DNA of 64,000 nt from Patescibacteria group bacterium. GTDB lineage: Bacteria; Patescibacteriota; Minisyncoccia; Phycocordibacterales; DATDWN01. Below the pieces are notes generated by a model. It saw only the letters and a list, made by a program, of their open reading frames with translations, was not told the DNA's origin and searched no databases. Position 1 is the stretch's first letter; each line of letters opens with the position of its first letter. Made by a program: the position numbers and the translations under genes. The stretch is taken from positions 7,556 to 71,555 of the forward strand of contig JAZKJH010000003.1 of assembly GCA_040384485.1 (NCBI GenBank). The letters run 5' to 3'. Shown here piece after piece: positions 37,314-47,235 of this stretch.

Positions 37314-39224
37314 CTATTTTATAACTGTTCCGTCAGAGGTTTTAAAGTTTGGATCAGTAAATGCTGTTGTGGCAGATGAAGCCCCTATATTTATAGGAGT
37401 TTTTGTATAACTATCTTCTGCAGCTGCGTTGGTTTGTAGTAGAAGAGCTGGGGTGGAACCAACTTGAGTCAGGCTCGGAATAATGCCCACTTTAAAATAA
37501 ACTGTTTTTGGAGAATACTGAAAACCTGCCCCTCTACTTATATTTCCCACATTCCAATAAACAGCCCTTGATCCTTCGTCATATGTAACCTTTTCAGTTG
37601 ATGGCGAAACCTCTCCTTTCCACACAACTCCTAATGGTAGAGTTGCTGATACAGTTCCCTTCTCTAGATTGTTTGTAGTGTTTGTAAGAGTCCAGGCAAT
37701 AATATATGTGGTCTCAGTGTCTGCTTTCGGTGGAATAGGACCTGTGGTACCAAGTGGCACACCAGAACGGAATGTTTTTGAAGTAAATCCTAGTGTACTT
37801 GGAAACTTAATAGTTATTTTTTCTTCAGAAAATACTGATCCAGTTTCTATTCCTGATCTGACACCTTCGACTGTGACTGCTATATCTATGTGAGGGTTCT
37901 CTATTCCAAGCAGACTGTTAGGGTTCTGTATGGCACCTAATGACAAGGAAACCTGACCGTTGTCTCCAGGGTTTAGGGTCTCAAGTTTAGGCAGGTTATT
38001 CTTGTCCCAAATAACTGAACCGCTTAAAGACTCGTAATAACCACCGTTTGAGGGAGAAACTGAACTCCTATTTAAAACGTTTCCAGAAATCTTAGCTGTG
38101 ATTTTGTTGTTTATTAGCTTATCAGGAAGTGTATTTTGCCAGTCTATGTTTACTGAAGATGTCTGTCCTATTCGTCCGATATTACCTTCTCCGGCTGAAA
38201 CAGCAAGATCAAAAAATGATTTACGGATAGCTATTGTAGCCACATCTGCAACTAGTATAGTGTCGAAATCAAAAACCGAATCCGCACTCTCTGTTCCGAG
38301 AGATATTTGAAAAGATCGCTCTTCGTTGTTTTGCCCAACTAAAGAACCAGTGATGCTTATGGTTTTCTTTTCCCCATTTTTTAGATCTCCAATATTCCAC
38401 ATAGAATCCCTGACTGGTTTTAAGTTTGAAGTTTCGTACGTAAAGCCGTATGGAAAATCTACCTTCATGAGTGCATCCTGGATAACTGAAGCTGAGTTGG
38501 TGGTGATATCTATTGATAAAGTAAACTCTTGTCCAGAAGTAATTTCACTTGGATAAGAAAGTTCAAGAATAACTGGAGAAGAGCCTATAACAACATCGTA
38601 TGATTTTTCTTTTGAGAAAGTAGCATTCGAACCAACTACTTTATACTCAATCCTCAAAACAAAACTTCTAACTGCATCTTTTTCACCGAACACAAGAGAA
38701 CGAAGAACGTAGTCTTTGCTCTCCCCACTTTCAATATTGCCTAATGGAATTTTCTCAAAGCTAAGTGGGGTGCTGTTAGTAACTTCTTTTGACCCGTTAG
38801 GATACGTAACAAACAAGTTTACATCCTGTATCTCAGTTGGGTTGCCGTTTATAACCGACAAACCCATCACAAACTCCTCCCCAGAAGCAACAATGCTTGG
38901 TGCAGTTATTTCGACATCCAGGTTGTTAGAAGATATGGTGTTGAGCCCTCCATAAAACATAAACACTGCAATACCAAGAGAAACAACAAAGAATGCGGCA
39001 GATATTCCTAGAAATTTATGGAAGAATGAATTGTTTGTTTTTGCCATTGGGGTTGATTCTTTTTCTAGCTCAAAAGAGGTGTTAGTGCCCCAATCTGTTT
39101 TTACATTATTTTCTATAGGAGAAACTGGGGTGTGTTTCTCTTTGGGAACAAGACTTTCATCTCTAGAATATAAAGTCCGCTTTAGTCTTTCTATGCTACT
39201 TTTTTCCAAATCCATATTGCCCAA
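37314..39224 (-). CDS. Conserved membrane-anchored multi-Ig-domain protein
   Basis: Single TM followed by repeated beta-sandwich units (WNIGDL, WNVGNI). Confidence 0.65.
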   Translation of the reverse strand: MGNMDLEKSSIERLKRTLYSRDESLVPKEKHTPVSPIENNVKTDWGTNTSFELEKESTPMAKTNNSFFHKFLGISAAFFVVSLGIAVFMFYGGLNTISSNNLDVEITAPSIVASGEEFVMGLSVINGNPTEIQDVNLFVTYPNGSKEVTNSTPLSFEKIPLGNIESGESKDYVLRSLVFGEKDAVRSFVLRIEYKVVGSNATFSKEKSYDVVIGSSPVILELSYPSEITSGQEFTLSIDITTNSASVIQDALMKVDFPYGFTYETSNLKPVRDSMWNIGDLKNGEKKTISITGSLVGQNNEERSFQISLGTESADSVFDFDTILVADVATIAIRKSFFDLAVSAGEGNIGRIGQTSSVNIDWQNTLPDKLINNKITAKISGNVLNRSSVSPSNGGYYESLSGSVIWDKNNLPKLETLNPGDNGQVSLSLGAIQNPNSLLGIENPHIDIAVTVEGVRSGIETGSVFSEEKITIKFPSTLGFTSKTFRSGVPLGTTGPIPPKADTETTYIIAWTLTNTTNNLEKGTVSATLPLGVVWKGEVSPSTEKVTYDEGSRAVYWNVGNISRGAGFQYSPKTVYFKVGIIPSLTQVGSTPALLLQTNAAAEDSYTKTPINIGASSATTAFTDPNFKTSDGTVIK

Positions 39225-39248
39225 TTATAACATACTGAAAAATACAAA

Positions 39249-39830
39249 CTACAACTGGCTTTCTTTTAATGCTTTGTTTATTACAAATACCAACTCTCTT
39301 TTACCTAAAATAGTTTCTGAAATGACATCTTTGCTAAATTCGCTGTCTTGCAAAAAACGGTCCAGATTGACTCCACCTTCAACATACCCGAGCAGGTTGA
39401 GTACACGGAGGACTGTAAGTACCTCGAGCCCCGGTAAATCCTCTGGATCAGCACCTTTTAGAAAACCGAAGCTTTTGTGTACTAGCTCGTAGATGTCATG
39501 CTGAGGATACTCTCCCGCAATCATTTTTATCAACACTGCAGATATCTGAGCCAATAATTTTCTGGAGTAAACGGGTGTTGAAAAGAAAAAGTTTTCCTTT
39601 TCAACTACATTGGTTATCTTCCACCCATTTTTTGACTTTATAAGTGAAAATGTTCCGGAAGTATATTCTTCTAGTCCTGATCTAAGTTTTGAAGCAGAAA
39701 GCCTGGCCGACTTTGCTTTTGCCATAACTAGTCCCAAATCTTGGGTCAACAAGTACACTGACACATCAGCTTCCCCGCTTCCCATACGTTTTAGAACAAT
39801 ACCCTCTGTAGTGTATATATGGTAAGACAT
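39249..39830 (-). CDS. recO: DNA repair protein RecO (short form)
   Basis: TEGIVLKR..GEAD..YLLTQDLGLV.AKAKSAR...SKLR N-terminal OB fold. Confidence 0.8.
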   Translation of the reverse strand: MSYHIYTTEGIVLKRMGSGEADVSVYLLTQDLGLVMAKAKSARLSASKLRSGLEEYTSGTFSLIKSKNGWKITNVVEKENFFFSTPVYSRKLLAQISAVLIKMIAGEYPQHDIYELVHKSFGFLKGADPEDLPGLEVLTVLRVLNLLGYVEGGVNLDRFLQDSEFSKDVISETILGKRELVFVINKALKESQL

Positions 39831-39846
39831 AATGACTGTGTGATAT

Positions 39847-42800
39847 TTAGAACTTAATCATTAGTGACAAACTCCCGTTTTCCAAAGAAACTTCATTTAC
39901 TTGTTTGTCGTTTGAATATTCTATTGCACCAACTCCTGTTGGAGTCGTGATCATATTTTTATATTCTTCTATAACAGCTTTTGTATTTTCGTCGACACAC
40001 AAAACTAAAGTTACAGAATCACTAGGACTTAGATTTTCTTTTTTCCTCAAATCCTGTATTCCTCGAACAATGTCCCTTGCCACTCCTTCCTTTCTCAAAT
40101 CATCTGTCAGGTCTGTGTCCAACTGAAGAGATTCTCCAACAGACACAGTTTTTACATTAACCTCATCAGCTATTATATCCAACAATTCTTGATTGAAGTT
40201 TTTATTTACAACCAAGCTTTGTAAAGGTTGTCGTACTTTGTGTCCGCTTTTCTGTCTTAGTTCCAATGCTGCAGTGACCACCCCACGTACTGATTCCATT
40301 TCTTCTACTAGTGCAGAGTCGATAGCACCAGCTTTTGGCCAACTACATAAATGCACACTTTCGTCGTCACCATCTTTTCTTACTTTCAGATATATTTCTT
40401 CAGCAAAAAACGGAGTAAATGGTGCCATATACTTCATAAGCTCTTGCAAAACAAACCCGGTTGTAGAAAGCGCATCGGTCTTTTCTTGTAGGTTATCTGA
40501 TTTAAACCTGTCTCTGGATCTTCTTACATACCAAGTAGAAAAATCGTTTACAAAATCTCTAACAGATCTAGCAGAATCAAAGACCTTAAATGCATCTAGA
40601 TTTTTTGTCCCCCCTTCTACCAGCTCGTTCAGTCTAGAAATAATCCATCTGTCCAAAACATCAGAACTTTCGTTGTTTGGTTTTATTGATCCGTCGTTGT
40701 ACATATTGTAGAACGCAAGAATATTTACTATTGGATTGAAAACTTTTTTAGTTATTTCATCCACAGTTTTCTCATCAAAGTTCTTCGAATCGCCTGGATT
40801 GTTTACTGAATACATCCAGAAGCGAAGTGCGTCAACTCCGTACTTGTTCATCAAATCCCAAGGGTCTAGAATATTTCCAACAGACTTACTCATCTTCTTA
40901 CCTTCTTTGTCCAATATATGACCCAAACAAATTACATTTTTATATGCTTTTCCTTTGCCCAAAAGAACCCCTATAGCATGCAAGGTATAGAACCACCCGC
41001 GAGTTTGATCTATCGCTTCTGAAATAAAGTCTGCTGGATAATTCACGTCTCCTTGGAAAGGATAATGATCCTGAGCAAAAGGCATAGCACCTGAGTCAAA
41101 CCAAACATCCATAACTTCTTTTACTCTCTTCATTGGAGTACCATCTTCGTCCACCAACTGCACTTCGTCTATATATGGTTTATGCAAATCTAGCTCAAAA
41201 TCAGAGTTGTATGGAAGCGGAACAAAATCCACTTTTCTTATTTCTGCGTTTTCGTAGTTTCTAAAACTTCTAGTAGATGTAAATAGTTTGGCTCTGGTGT
41301 AACCGTCTGCAACCAGACTCATGGCACGAGTAAGCCCACCATGAGAAACGATGAGAATATTTTTACCAGAGTATTGTTTCTCTAGTTTATACAAAAACTC
41401 TCCTACTCTTTTCAAAACATCATCGTATGACTCCCCACCTTCCGCTCTCCAAGCGTAACGGTCCGGACTTGAGTTTCTAGCAACAAAATAATCTTCTATT
41501 GGTTTTCCGTTCCATTCTTTTCCAGCATTCCATTCAACTATTGAGTCGTCCACGATAACCGACTCTGGAGAAATCCCTATAACCCCCGCAACTGTTTTTG
41601 CTGTTTGCATTGTCCTCTCAAAAGGAGAAGCTATTATCAAATCTATATTCTTATCTTTTAGGTATTCTGCATTCGCTTTTGCCAAAGCAACTCCTTTGTC
41701 AGTTAGAGGATCGTGATTTTCCACATTACAACTCCAAACTCCGTTTATGTTGCCCACCGACTCCCCGTGTCGCATAACAAAATAATTATTACCAGACTTC
41801 TTAACATATTTTTTCAAGTCAGCTATTGAACTGACAACTAGTTTGTCTCCGTTTTGTTTTTCCCAAATTGGCATAGGTGTTCCCCAGTATCTCTCTCGAC
41901 TTATTGCCCAGTCTTTTATTTCCCTTAGCCACTCACCAAACCTCCCCTCCTTTATGTGTTCCGGTTCCCAGTTCACCGCCTCGTTCTCTTTTACCAACTC
42001 ATCACGCAGGCTCGACATTTTTATATACCAAGAATCTCTTGCGTAGTAGATAAGTGCAGTTTTACATCTCCAGCAGTGAGGATAAGAGTGTTCATACTTT
42101 TCTTTTTTGAATAACTGCCCTCTTCCAGCCAGGTCTTTTATTATATCTATCGCCACCTCTTCATCTTTTACAAAACGGTTAGACAAAAACCCCATCTCAT
42201 CTAGGAAATGTCCGTCCTCCTTCACTAAGTGAAATTTTGGTAAACCTATTTGTGTTCCCAGAACAAAGTCTTCTTGCCCGTACATAACCGCAGTGTGCAC
42301 AATACCCGTTCCGTCGGTAGTAGTAACAAAGTCAGCAGAATAAACTTTGTATGATTTCGCGAATGCTTCGGGATTCTTTTCGGTAAATTTTTCGGCAAAG
42401 TACGGGTAGAGTGGTTCATATTCCATTCCAACACACTCGCTTCCTTTGTGTTCTGCAACTATTTCATATGGTTCTGTAATAACTGACAAACGTTCTTTTG
42501 CAAGAACAAGTATTTCATTTCCAACCTTTGCTTCGACATAAACAATATCCGGACCAACAGCTAGTGCTACGTTTCCAGGCAGAGTCCATGGGGTTGTAGT
42601 CCAGGCAAGGAAATAGGCGTTTTCAAAACCTTTTATTTTAAACTTTGCAGTAACAGATAAATCTTTGTCGTCTTGATAACCCTGAGCCAGTTCATGTGAG
42701 GACAGTGCTGTTCCACAACGTGGGCACCATGGTAGAACTTTGTAGTCTTTGTATAGCAAGCCTTTGTCGTCTACGGTTTTGAGAATATTCCAAACAGATT

Positions 42801-43269
42801 CTATGTAGTTGTTTTCGAAAGTGTAGTAAGCCTCTTCTTTGTTTACCCAGTAACCTATTCTGTCTGTAAACTTTTCCCAATCAGAAATATACTGAAATAC
42901 ACTTTCTTTACATTCGCGGTTAAACTTCTCTACTCCATACTGTTCTATGTCCTTTTTTGAAGTCAGTCCTAGTTTTTTCTCTATTTGAAGTTCTACCGGA
43001 AGTCCGTGTGTATCCCAACCAGCTTTTCGGCGCACGGAAAAACCTTGCATAGTTTTGTAGCGAGGGATTATGTCTTTGAATGCTCTAGCTTCTAGGTGAT
43101 GAAGTGCTGGCTTCGCGTTAGCTGTAGGAGGTCCTTCAAAAAATACAAACTCCCCTTTCGGTGATTCTTTTTGTAGAGTTTTATCAAAGATTTTGTTTTC
43201 ACTCCAAAAATTCAGAATGGATTCTTCTTTCTGGGCTACTTCTGATTTATTTTTTTCTTCTTCTTTCAT
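39847..43269 (-). CDS. ileS: Isoleucine--tRNA ligase (IleRS2-like) with inserted histidine-phosphatase domain
   Basis: EGPPTAN, GWDTHGLP, WTTTPWTLP, DWAISRERYWG, DQTRGWF, KMSKS; insert RHGE...SPFERT...SHGG; T-box with AUC specifier. Confidence 0.95.
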   Translation of the reverse strand: MKEEEKNKSEVAQKEESILNFWSENKIFDKTLQKESPKGEFVFFEGPPTANAKPALHHLEARAFKDIIPRYKTMQGFSVRRKAGWDTHGLPVELQIEKKLGLTSKKDIEQYGVEKFNRECKESVFQYISDWEKFTDRIGYWVNKEEAYYTFENNYIESVWNILKTVDDKGLLYKDYKVLPWCPRCGTALSSHELAQGYQDDKDLSVTAKFKIKGFENAYFLAWTTTPWTLPGNVALAVGPDIVYVEAKVGNEILVLAKERLSVITEPYEIVAEHKGSECVGMEYEPLYPYFAEKFTEKNPEAFAKSYKVYSADFVTTTDGTGIVHTAVMYGQEDFVLGTQIGLPKFHLVKEDGHFLDEMGFLSNRFVKDEEVAIDIIKDLAGRGQLFKKEKYEHSYPHCWRCKTALIYYARDSWYIKMSSLRDELVKENEAVNWEPEHIKEGRFGEWLREIKDWAISRERYWGTPMPIWEKQNGDKLVVSSIADLKKYVKKSGNNYFVMRHGESVGNINGVWSCNVENHDPLTDKGVALAKANAEYLKDKNIDLIIASPFERTMQTAKTVAGVIGISPESVIVDDSIVEWNAGKEWNGKPIEDYFVARNSSPDRYAWRAEGGESYDDVLKRVGEFLYKLEKQYSGKNILIVSHGGLTRAMSLVADGYTRAKLFTSTRSFRNYENAEIRKVDFVPLPYNSDFELDLHKPYIDEVQLVDEDGTPMKRVKEVMDVWFDSGAMPFAQDHYPFQGDVNYPADFISEAIDQTRGWFYTLHAIGVLLGKGKAYKNVICLGHILDKEGKKMSKSVGNILDPWDLMNKYGVDALRFWMYSVNNPGDSKNFDEKTVDEITKKVFNPIVNILAFYNMYNDGSIKPNNESSDVLDRWIISRLNELVEGGTKNLDAFKVFDSARSVRDFVNDFSTWYVRRSRDRFKSDNLQEKTDALSTTGFVLQELMKYMAPFTPFFAEEIYLKVRKDGDDESVHLCSWPKAGAIDSALVEEMESVRGVVTAALELRQKSGHKVRQPLQSLVVNKNFNQELLDIIADEVNVKTVSVGESLQLDTDLTDDLRKEGVARDIVRGIQDLRKKENLSPSDSVTLVLCVDENTKAVIEEYKNMITTPTGVGAIEYSNDKQVNEVSLENGSLSLMIKF

Positions 43270-43451
43270 TTTTTTAGTAATCTTAAAATTTTATTAATAG
43301 CAACTGACGCAGCCAAAATGATTATGATTATCGCTAAAACCTTAGCATCATTATTTCTTTCTAGCCCTGGAACTGTTGGCAAAGTGGCTGAAACTTTTTC
43401 AGTTATAAAGAAATAACCAGTAGTTATATATGCCAGATGTTTAAATTTCAT
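43266..43451 (-). CDS. Small 61-aa Ile-rich membrane peptide between the T-box and ileS
   Basis: ATG 43451; contains IIIII; ATGA overlap with the ileS start. Confidence 0.55.
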   Translation of the reverse strand: MKFKHLAYITTGYFFITEKVSATLPTVPGLERNNDAKVLAIIIIILAASVAINKILRLLKK

Positions 43452-43467
43452 TTTTATTGGTTTTAAT

Positions 43468-43660
43468 AAACAAAAACCCGTCCGCGTATAACAAATAATT
43501 GCTATACAAGGACGAGCTTCTCGTGGTACCACCTTGTTTTTTACCCCGCCCAGTTGCGGGGACTCTCTTTACTGCTATAACGGGCTTACCCGTTGGGTTC
43601 TACATCTGCCTCTGCAGATTCTTCCCAAAACTCGGGGGTGATTAGTCCCCCTCAGCGTCT
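43468..43660 (-). promoter_or_regulatory. T-box riboswitch (Ile) with ultra-short stem I
   Basis: Antiterminator AAGG-TGGTACC-ACG...CGT-CCTT; stem I GGGG-gactaATCa-CCCC; stem II/IIA-B motifs (GTAGAAC, GCCCGTTA); downstream terminator with U tract. Confidence 0.85.
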
Positions 43661-43771
43661 ATATCAAAATATTACCAAACAAAACCTTTTATGTCCAAAC
43701 GAATATAATTTTTGATATTAAAAAAGGGCTTCGCGATAATTCGCGAAGCCCTCGACAAGTGACCCATTGGT

Positions 43772-44140
43772 CTACTTACAACCACCTCCGATGAGGCCAC
43801 CCAAGAAGTGGATTTTCTGCCCGTCGGCGAGCGTCATCCACCCTGTTCCATTGCGGATCCAAACCCGCAAGGGACGGAACTCCTGCCCCTCAACTTTCAC
43901 AACGCAGTTGGCGGCGTTGTGGGCTTCGAGCTTCGCAATCAATGCCTGGGATTGCGCTGCCCCGATTCTGGCCTCTTCCTTACCAAGCCAAACTGTGGCG
44001 ATTGCGAGAACAATGATAATGCTCGCGACGCCAACTTTGTGACGAACTTCGAACATCGACCACAGGCTTGGGAGGAAAACCATCCCTCCAATAAAAGCGA
44101 CGAAATCCAGACAGAACACAACAAGGAACAGAGTTTCCAT
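43772..44140 (-). CDS. Hypothetical membrane protein (orphan cassette)
   Basis: ATG 44140 with SD AGGAG; two TM helices; visibly more GC-rich than the flanks; hairpin at about 43725-43752. Confidence 0.6.
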   Translation of the reverse strand: METLFLVVFCLDFVAFIGGMVFLPSLWSMFEVRHKVGVASIIIVLAIATVWLGKEEARIGAAQSQALIAKLEAHNAANCVVKVEGQEFRPLRVWIRNGTGWMTLADGQKIHFLGGLIGGGCK

Positions 44141-44357
44141 GATTTTCTCCTTCTGAGAAACTAACTGGAGGCAAAGGCCGTTTTCTTCAGTCGTGTATAC
44201 GACCAAAACCAGTTAATAAACTTGGTCTTACTTATTATATTATATATCATTTATGTGTATTTGTCAAGATACATAAACAGCAAGAAAATAACCTTATTCA
44301 TAGGTCTTTTTAGATACTGAACTGAAACTTGTTCTAGGGGTAAATTTTGGTGGCAAA

Positions 44358-46004
44358 CTACATTCTCTCTGGAACTTTTACCCCCAGTAATTCTAAACCT
44401 TTTGCCATTGTCTGTGCGAACACTTGAGTCAGGGCTATTTTGTATTTTGAATCCGAATCTTCACCTATTATTTTTCCGTTAGCATAAAACGAGTTAAACT
44501 CCCCGGCCAGCTCAGTTAGGTAGGTTACTAGATAATGCGGAGCATATTCCCTACCCGCTTTTTCTACGACACCAGAAAACCTTTCAAGTAATCTCTCTAG
44601 GTTTGTCGTCTGCCAGTCTTCTGGAATATCCGACAAACTAGCTTCACTGTCAGTTACTTTTGATAAAATAGATTTTGCTCTGACAACTGAGTATTGTAGG
44701 TACGGGCCAGAGTCTCCTTCAAAAGAAAGGGACTTTTCAAAGTCAAAAATAATATCCCCTCCTATCGCTTGGCGAAGGATAGAGTATTTGATGGCACCTA
44801 TTGCAACTATTTCTGCAACCTCGCCTTTTTCTGATTCTGAAAACTCTCGGTCAGATATTTTTTCCAAAACCTTTTCTCTGACCTGTTCGATTAAAGATTC
44901 TGCAGAAATAATGTTTCCTGTTCTAGAAGACATTTTCCCTGATGGAAGTTTTAACATTCCGTGTGACAGATGATGTAGTTTTCCATTAAGTTCGGGAAAA
45001 ACTTGCCTTATGGCACACTCTACAACTTTGAAAACGGCGTCCTGTTCGTTTGCGGTTATTGTTACCGAAGTATCGTAGTTGTATATCTCTTTCTTAATCT
45101 CGGCTAGTCCAACTTCTTTGGCTTCGTATGTAGGAAGACCTTCTGAGTTCAGAAAAACCCTTGTGTGAAGTCCGAAGTTCTCGCCTTGAAATATTATAGC
45201 TCCGTTCTCACCCTGCTCGAAAACCTTCCCGATGTTTTCCTGCACTATTTTTCTTCCTATTTCTCCTGATTCGCTCTCATAAAAATGGTAGTCGAATTTA
45301 CTATTGAGTCTCTCGTATATTGATTCAAATTTTTCAAAAGACCTAGTTCGACCGTTAATATATATATTGTTTATCTCTTCATCAGAACTATCGTAAATTT
45401 TTTTATTTATTTCTATTATTTCTTTTTTTGACTCTTCGTTATCTTCATATGCATTGTGACCTTCAGCATAAGCGTTTTGAAAATCAATACTGTTTTTAAT
45501 ACCCCATACTGCTTTCGCGACATGAAGGCCTTTGTCACCGTGATATGTTGCGGTTTTCACCTCACCTTCGTTTGCAACCACAATTCTTTTTATTGACTCC
45601 CCAATAGTGTTATTCATTAAGTGGCCAATATGAAATTCCTTAAACGGGTTTGGTTGTGTGTGCTCAATAAAAAACTTTTTGCCTTTATAAACCTCAGAAA
45701 CCAAAGGTTTGCTTATCTCTGAATTAAAATACTTCTCATCAAAGAAAAAGTTTATAAATCCTGGTTTTATAACATCAATTCGTTTTATATGTCTTATATC
45801 TTGGGCCACAACAAACTCTTTTATTTCTAGAGCTAGTTCTAGTGGGTTTCTGCCAAACTCCTTTGCGTACACCATCGCTGTATTACTGGTATAGTCCCCC
45901 ATTTCAATATGTGTTGGGTAAGTCAAAAAAGTCGTTGGATTTTCTACCCCAAGATTTTTCAAACCCTTTTCTATCGCAACAATAAGTTCTTGTTTTGTAT
46001 TCAT
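44358..46004 (-). CDS. argS: Arginine--tRNA ligase
   Basis: GDYTSN, PGFINF, QPNPFKEFHIGH, KMSSRTG, GDSGPYLQY. Confidence 0.96.
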   Translation of the reverse strand: MNTKQELIVAIEKGLKNLGVENPTTFLTYPTHIEMGDYTSNTAMVYAKEFGRNPLELALEIKEFVVAQDIRHIKRIDVIKPGFINFFFDEKYFNSEISKPLVSEVYKGKKFFIEHTQPNPFKEFHIGHLMNNTIGESIKRIVVANEGEVKTATYHGDKGLHVAKAVWGIKNSIDFQNAYAEGHNAYEDNEESKKEIIEINKKIYDSSDEEINNIYINGRTRSFEKFESIYERLNSKFDYHFYESESGEIGRKIVQENIGKVFEQGENGAIIFQGENFGLHTRVFLNSEGLPTYEAKEVGLAEIKKEIYNYDTSVTITANEQDAVFKVVECAIRQVFPELNGKLHHLSHGMLKLPSGKMSSRTGNIISAESLIEQVREKVLEKISDREFSESEKGEVAEIVAIGAIKYSILRQAIGGDIIFDFEKSLSFEGDSGPYLQYSVVRAKSILSKVTDSEASLSDIPEDWQTTNLERLLERFSGVVEKAGREYAPHYLVTYLTELAGEFNSFYANGKIIGEDSDSKYKIALTQVFAQTMAKGLELLGVKVPERM

Positions 46005-46427
46005 TTATTTTCCTGTGCTTCCAAAACCACCAATTCCTCTTTCTGTACTAGATAACTCTTCTGTTTCTACTATCTCAATGTGTTCAACTTTCTGTATTAA
46101 CATCTGCGCAACCTTGTGACCTTTTTCGAAAGTGTAACTTTCTTTACCTAAGTTTATAACCCCCACAACCACTTCCCCTCTATATCCAGAATCTATCACA
46201 CCTCCCAGAGTTTTTATACCGTGCTTCATAGACAGACCACTTTTGTCCCAAACTAGGCCCACAAAACCTTCTGGTATTTCTGTTGCAACTCCAGTTTTTA
46301 TCCCTATTTTTTCTCCTGGACTAACTGTTGTATTTTCTAAAGCGAACACATCCATCCCTGCATCACCTTTTGTTGCGTACGCTGGCAACTTTGAGTCTGG
46401 ATACAACTTCTTGAACTTAACTATCAT
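46005..46427 (-). CDS. dut: dUTP diphosphatase (trimeric)
   Basis: AGMD, KSGL, GVIDSGYRGE, AQM, RGIGGFGSTG. Confidence 0.96.
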   Translation of the reverse strand: MIVKFKKLYPDSKLPAYATKGDAGMDVFALENTTVSPGEKIGIKTGVATEIPEGFVGLVWDKSGLSMKHGIKTLGGVIDSGYRGEVVVGVINLGKESYTFEKGHKVAQMLIQKVEHIEIVETEELSSTERGIGGFGSTGK

Positions 46428-46493
46428 ACGCCCATAATAGCATTGACCCAGGTGTTTTTAAAGAGTAGTATCGGCTACAGAAGGAGGTACGGC

Positions 46494-47009
46494 ATGTGGA
46501 ACATAACGCTAGTTGTGGCAATGGACAGAAACCGAGCAATCGGTGTTGGCAACAAGATTCCTTGGAGGTTGCCTGAGGAACAGCACTACTTCAAGAGTAG
46601 GACAATCGGCAAAGTGGTGGTAATGGGTCGCAAGACTTATGAATCACTTCCGAGGTCAGTACGTCCCTTACCTTGGCGGATAAACGTAATTCTGACGCGA
46701 GACACAAGTTTTGTGGCAGAAGGTTGTGGAATTGTTCATGACCATAAAACCATTCTCGAAAGAGCTGCACTTGGTCAAATGAACATGATTATCGGAGGTG
46801 AAGAGATTTACAAACTCTTTCTTCCTTATGCCAATCGACTCTTGGTCACGATAATCGACACTGAAATCGAAGGCGCAGACAAGTTCTTTCCAGAAATAAA
46901 CTCTGAGGAGTGGCAAGAAGTTTTTCTTCGTTCACACGAAGCAAATACAAAAAACGCACACTCATTTGCCTTTTTGGAGTACTTCAGAAAGCCGTCCCGT
47001 GGAGCCTAA
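46494..47009 (+). CDS. folA: Dihydrofolate reductase
   Basis: AIG..NKIPWRLP, VMGRKTYESL..PLP.R.N, IIGG, ADKFFP; promoter TTGACC-17-TAGTAT and SD AGGAGG before ATG 46494. Confidence 0.93.
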   Translation: MWNITLVVAMDRNRAIGVGNKIPWRLPEEQHYFKSRTIGKVVVMGRKTYESLPRSVRPLPWRINVILTRDTSFVAEGCGIVHDHKTILERAALGQMNMIIGGEEIYKLFLPYANRLLVTIIDTEIEGADKFFPEINSEEWQEVFLRSHEANTKNAHSFAFLEYFRKPSRGA

Positions 47010-47027
47010 AAGCTCCACGGTTTTTTT
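46997..47027 (+). terminator. folA terminator
   Basis: CCGTGGAGC-ctaaaa-GCTCCACGG-T7. Confidence 0.8.
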
Positions 47028-47187
47028 ATTGGAAGCCGAGAATATCTCGTAGCGAAGCGCACGAGAATGAGAGGCGTATGATAGTGGTGGCGGAGCCACT
47101 TCTAATACCAACAAAACAGCCCCGATGTTGTCCGTTCAACACACCATCAGCTTGCTGCAGGATTTGAGCGGACAACCGGTTTTATTT
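47025..47187 (+). ncRNA. Unidentified 163-nt structured element, copy 2
   Basis: Homologous to the reverse complement of 23891-24053. Confidence 0.7.
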
Positions 47188-47214
47188 GACTCAAACTTTC
47201 TATAGTTATAGTAT
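47186..47214 (+). promoter_or_regulatory. thyA promoter
   Basis: TTGACT-17 bp-TAGTAT; SD GGAGG at 47227. Confidence 0.65.
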
Positions 47215-47235
47215 GTGCCGAGAAATGGAGGGGTG

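Noticed and set aside
47025-47187. Known folate/purine riboswitch (ZTP, THF) upstream of thyA, prompted by TGGCGGA and GTGG/CCAC
   Set aside because: Motif order differs from ZTP, there is no downstream CGCC-TGGG hairpin, and a promoter lies between the element and thyA.
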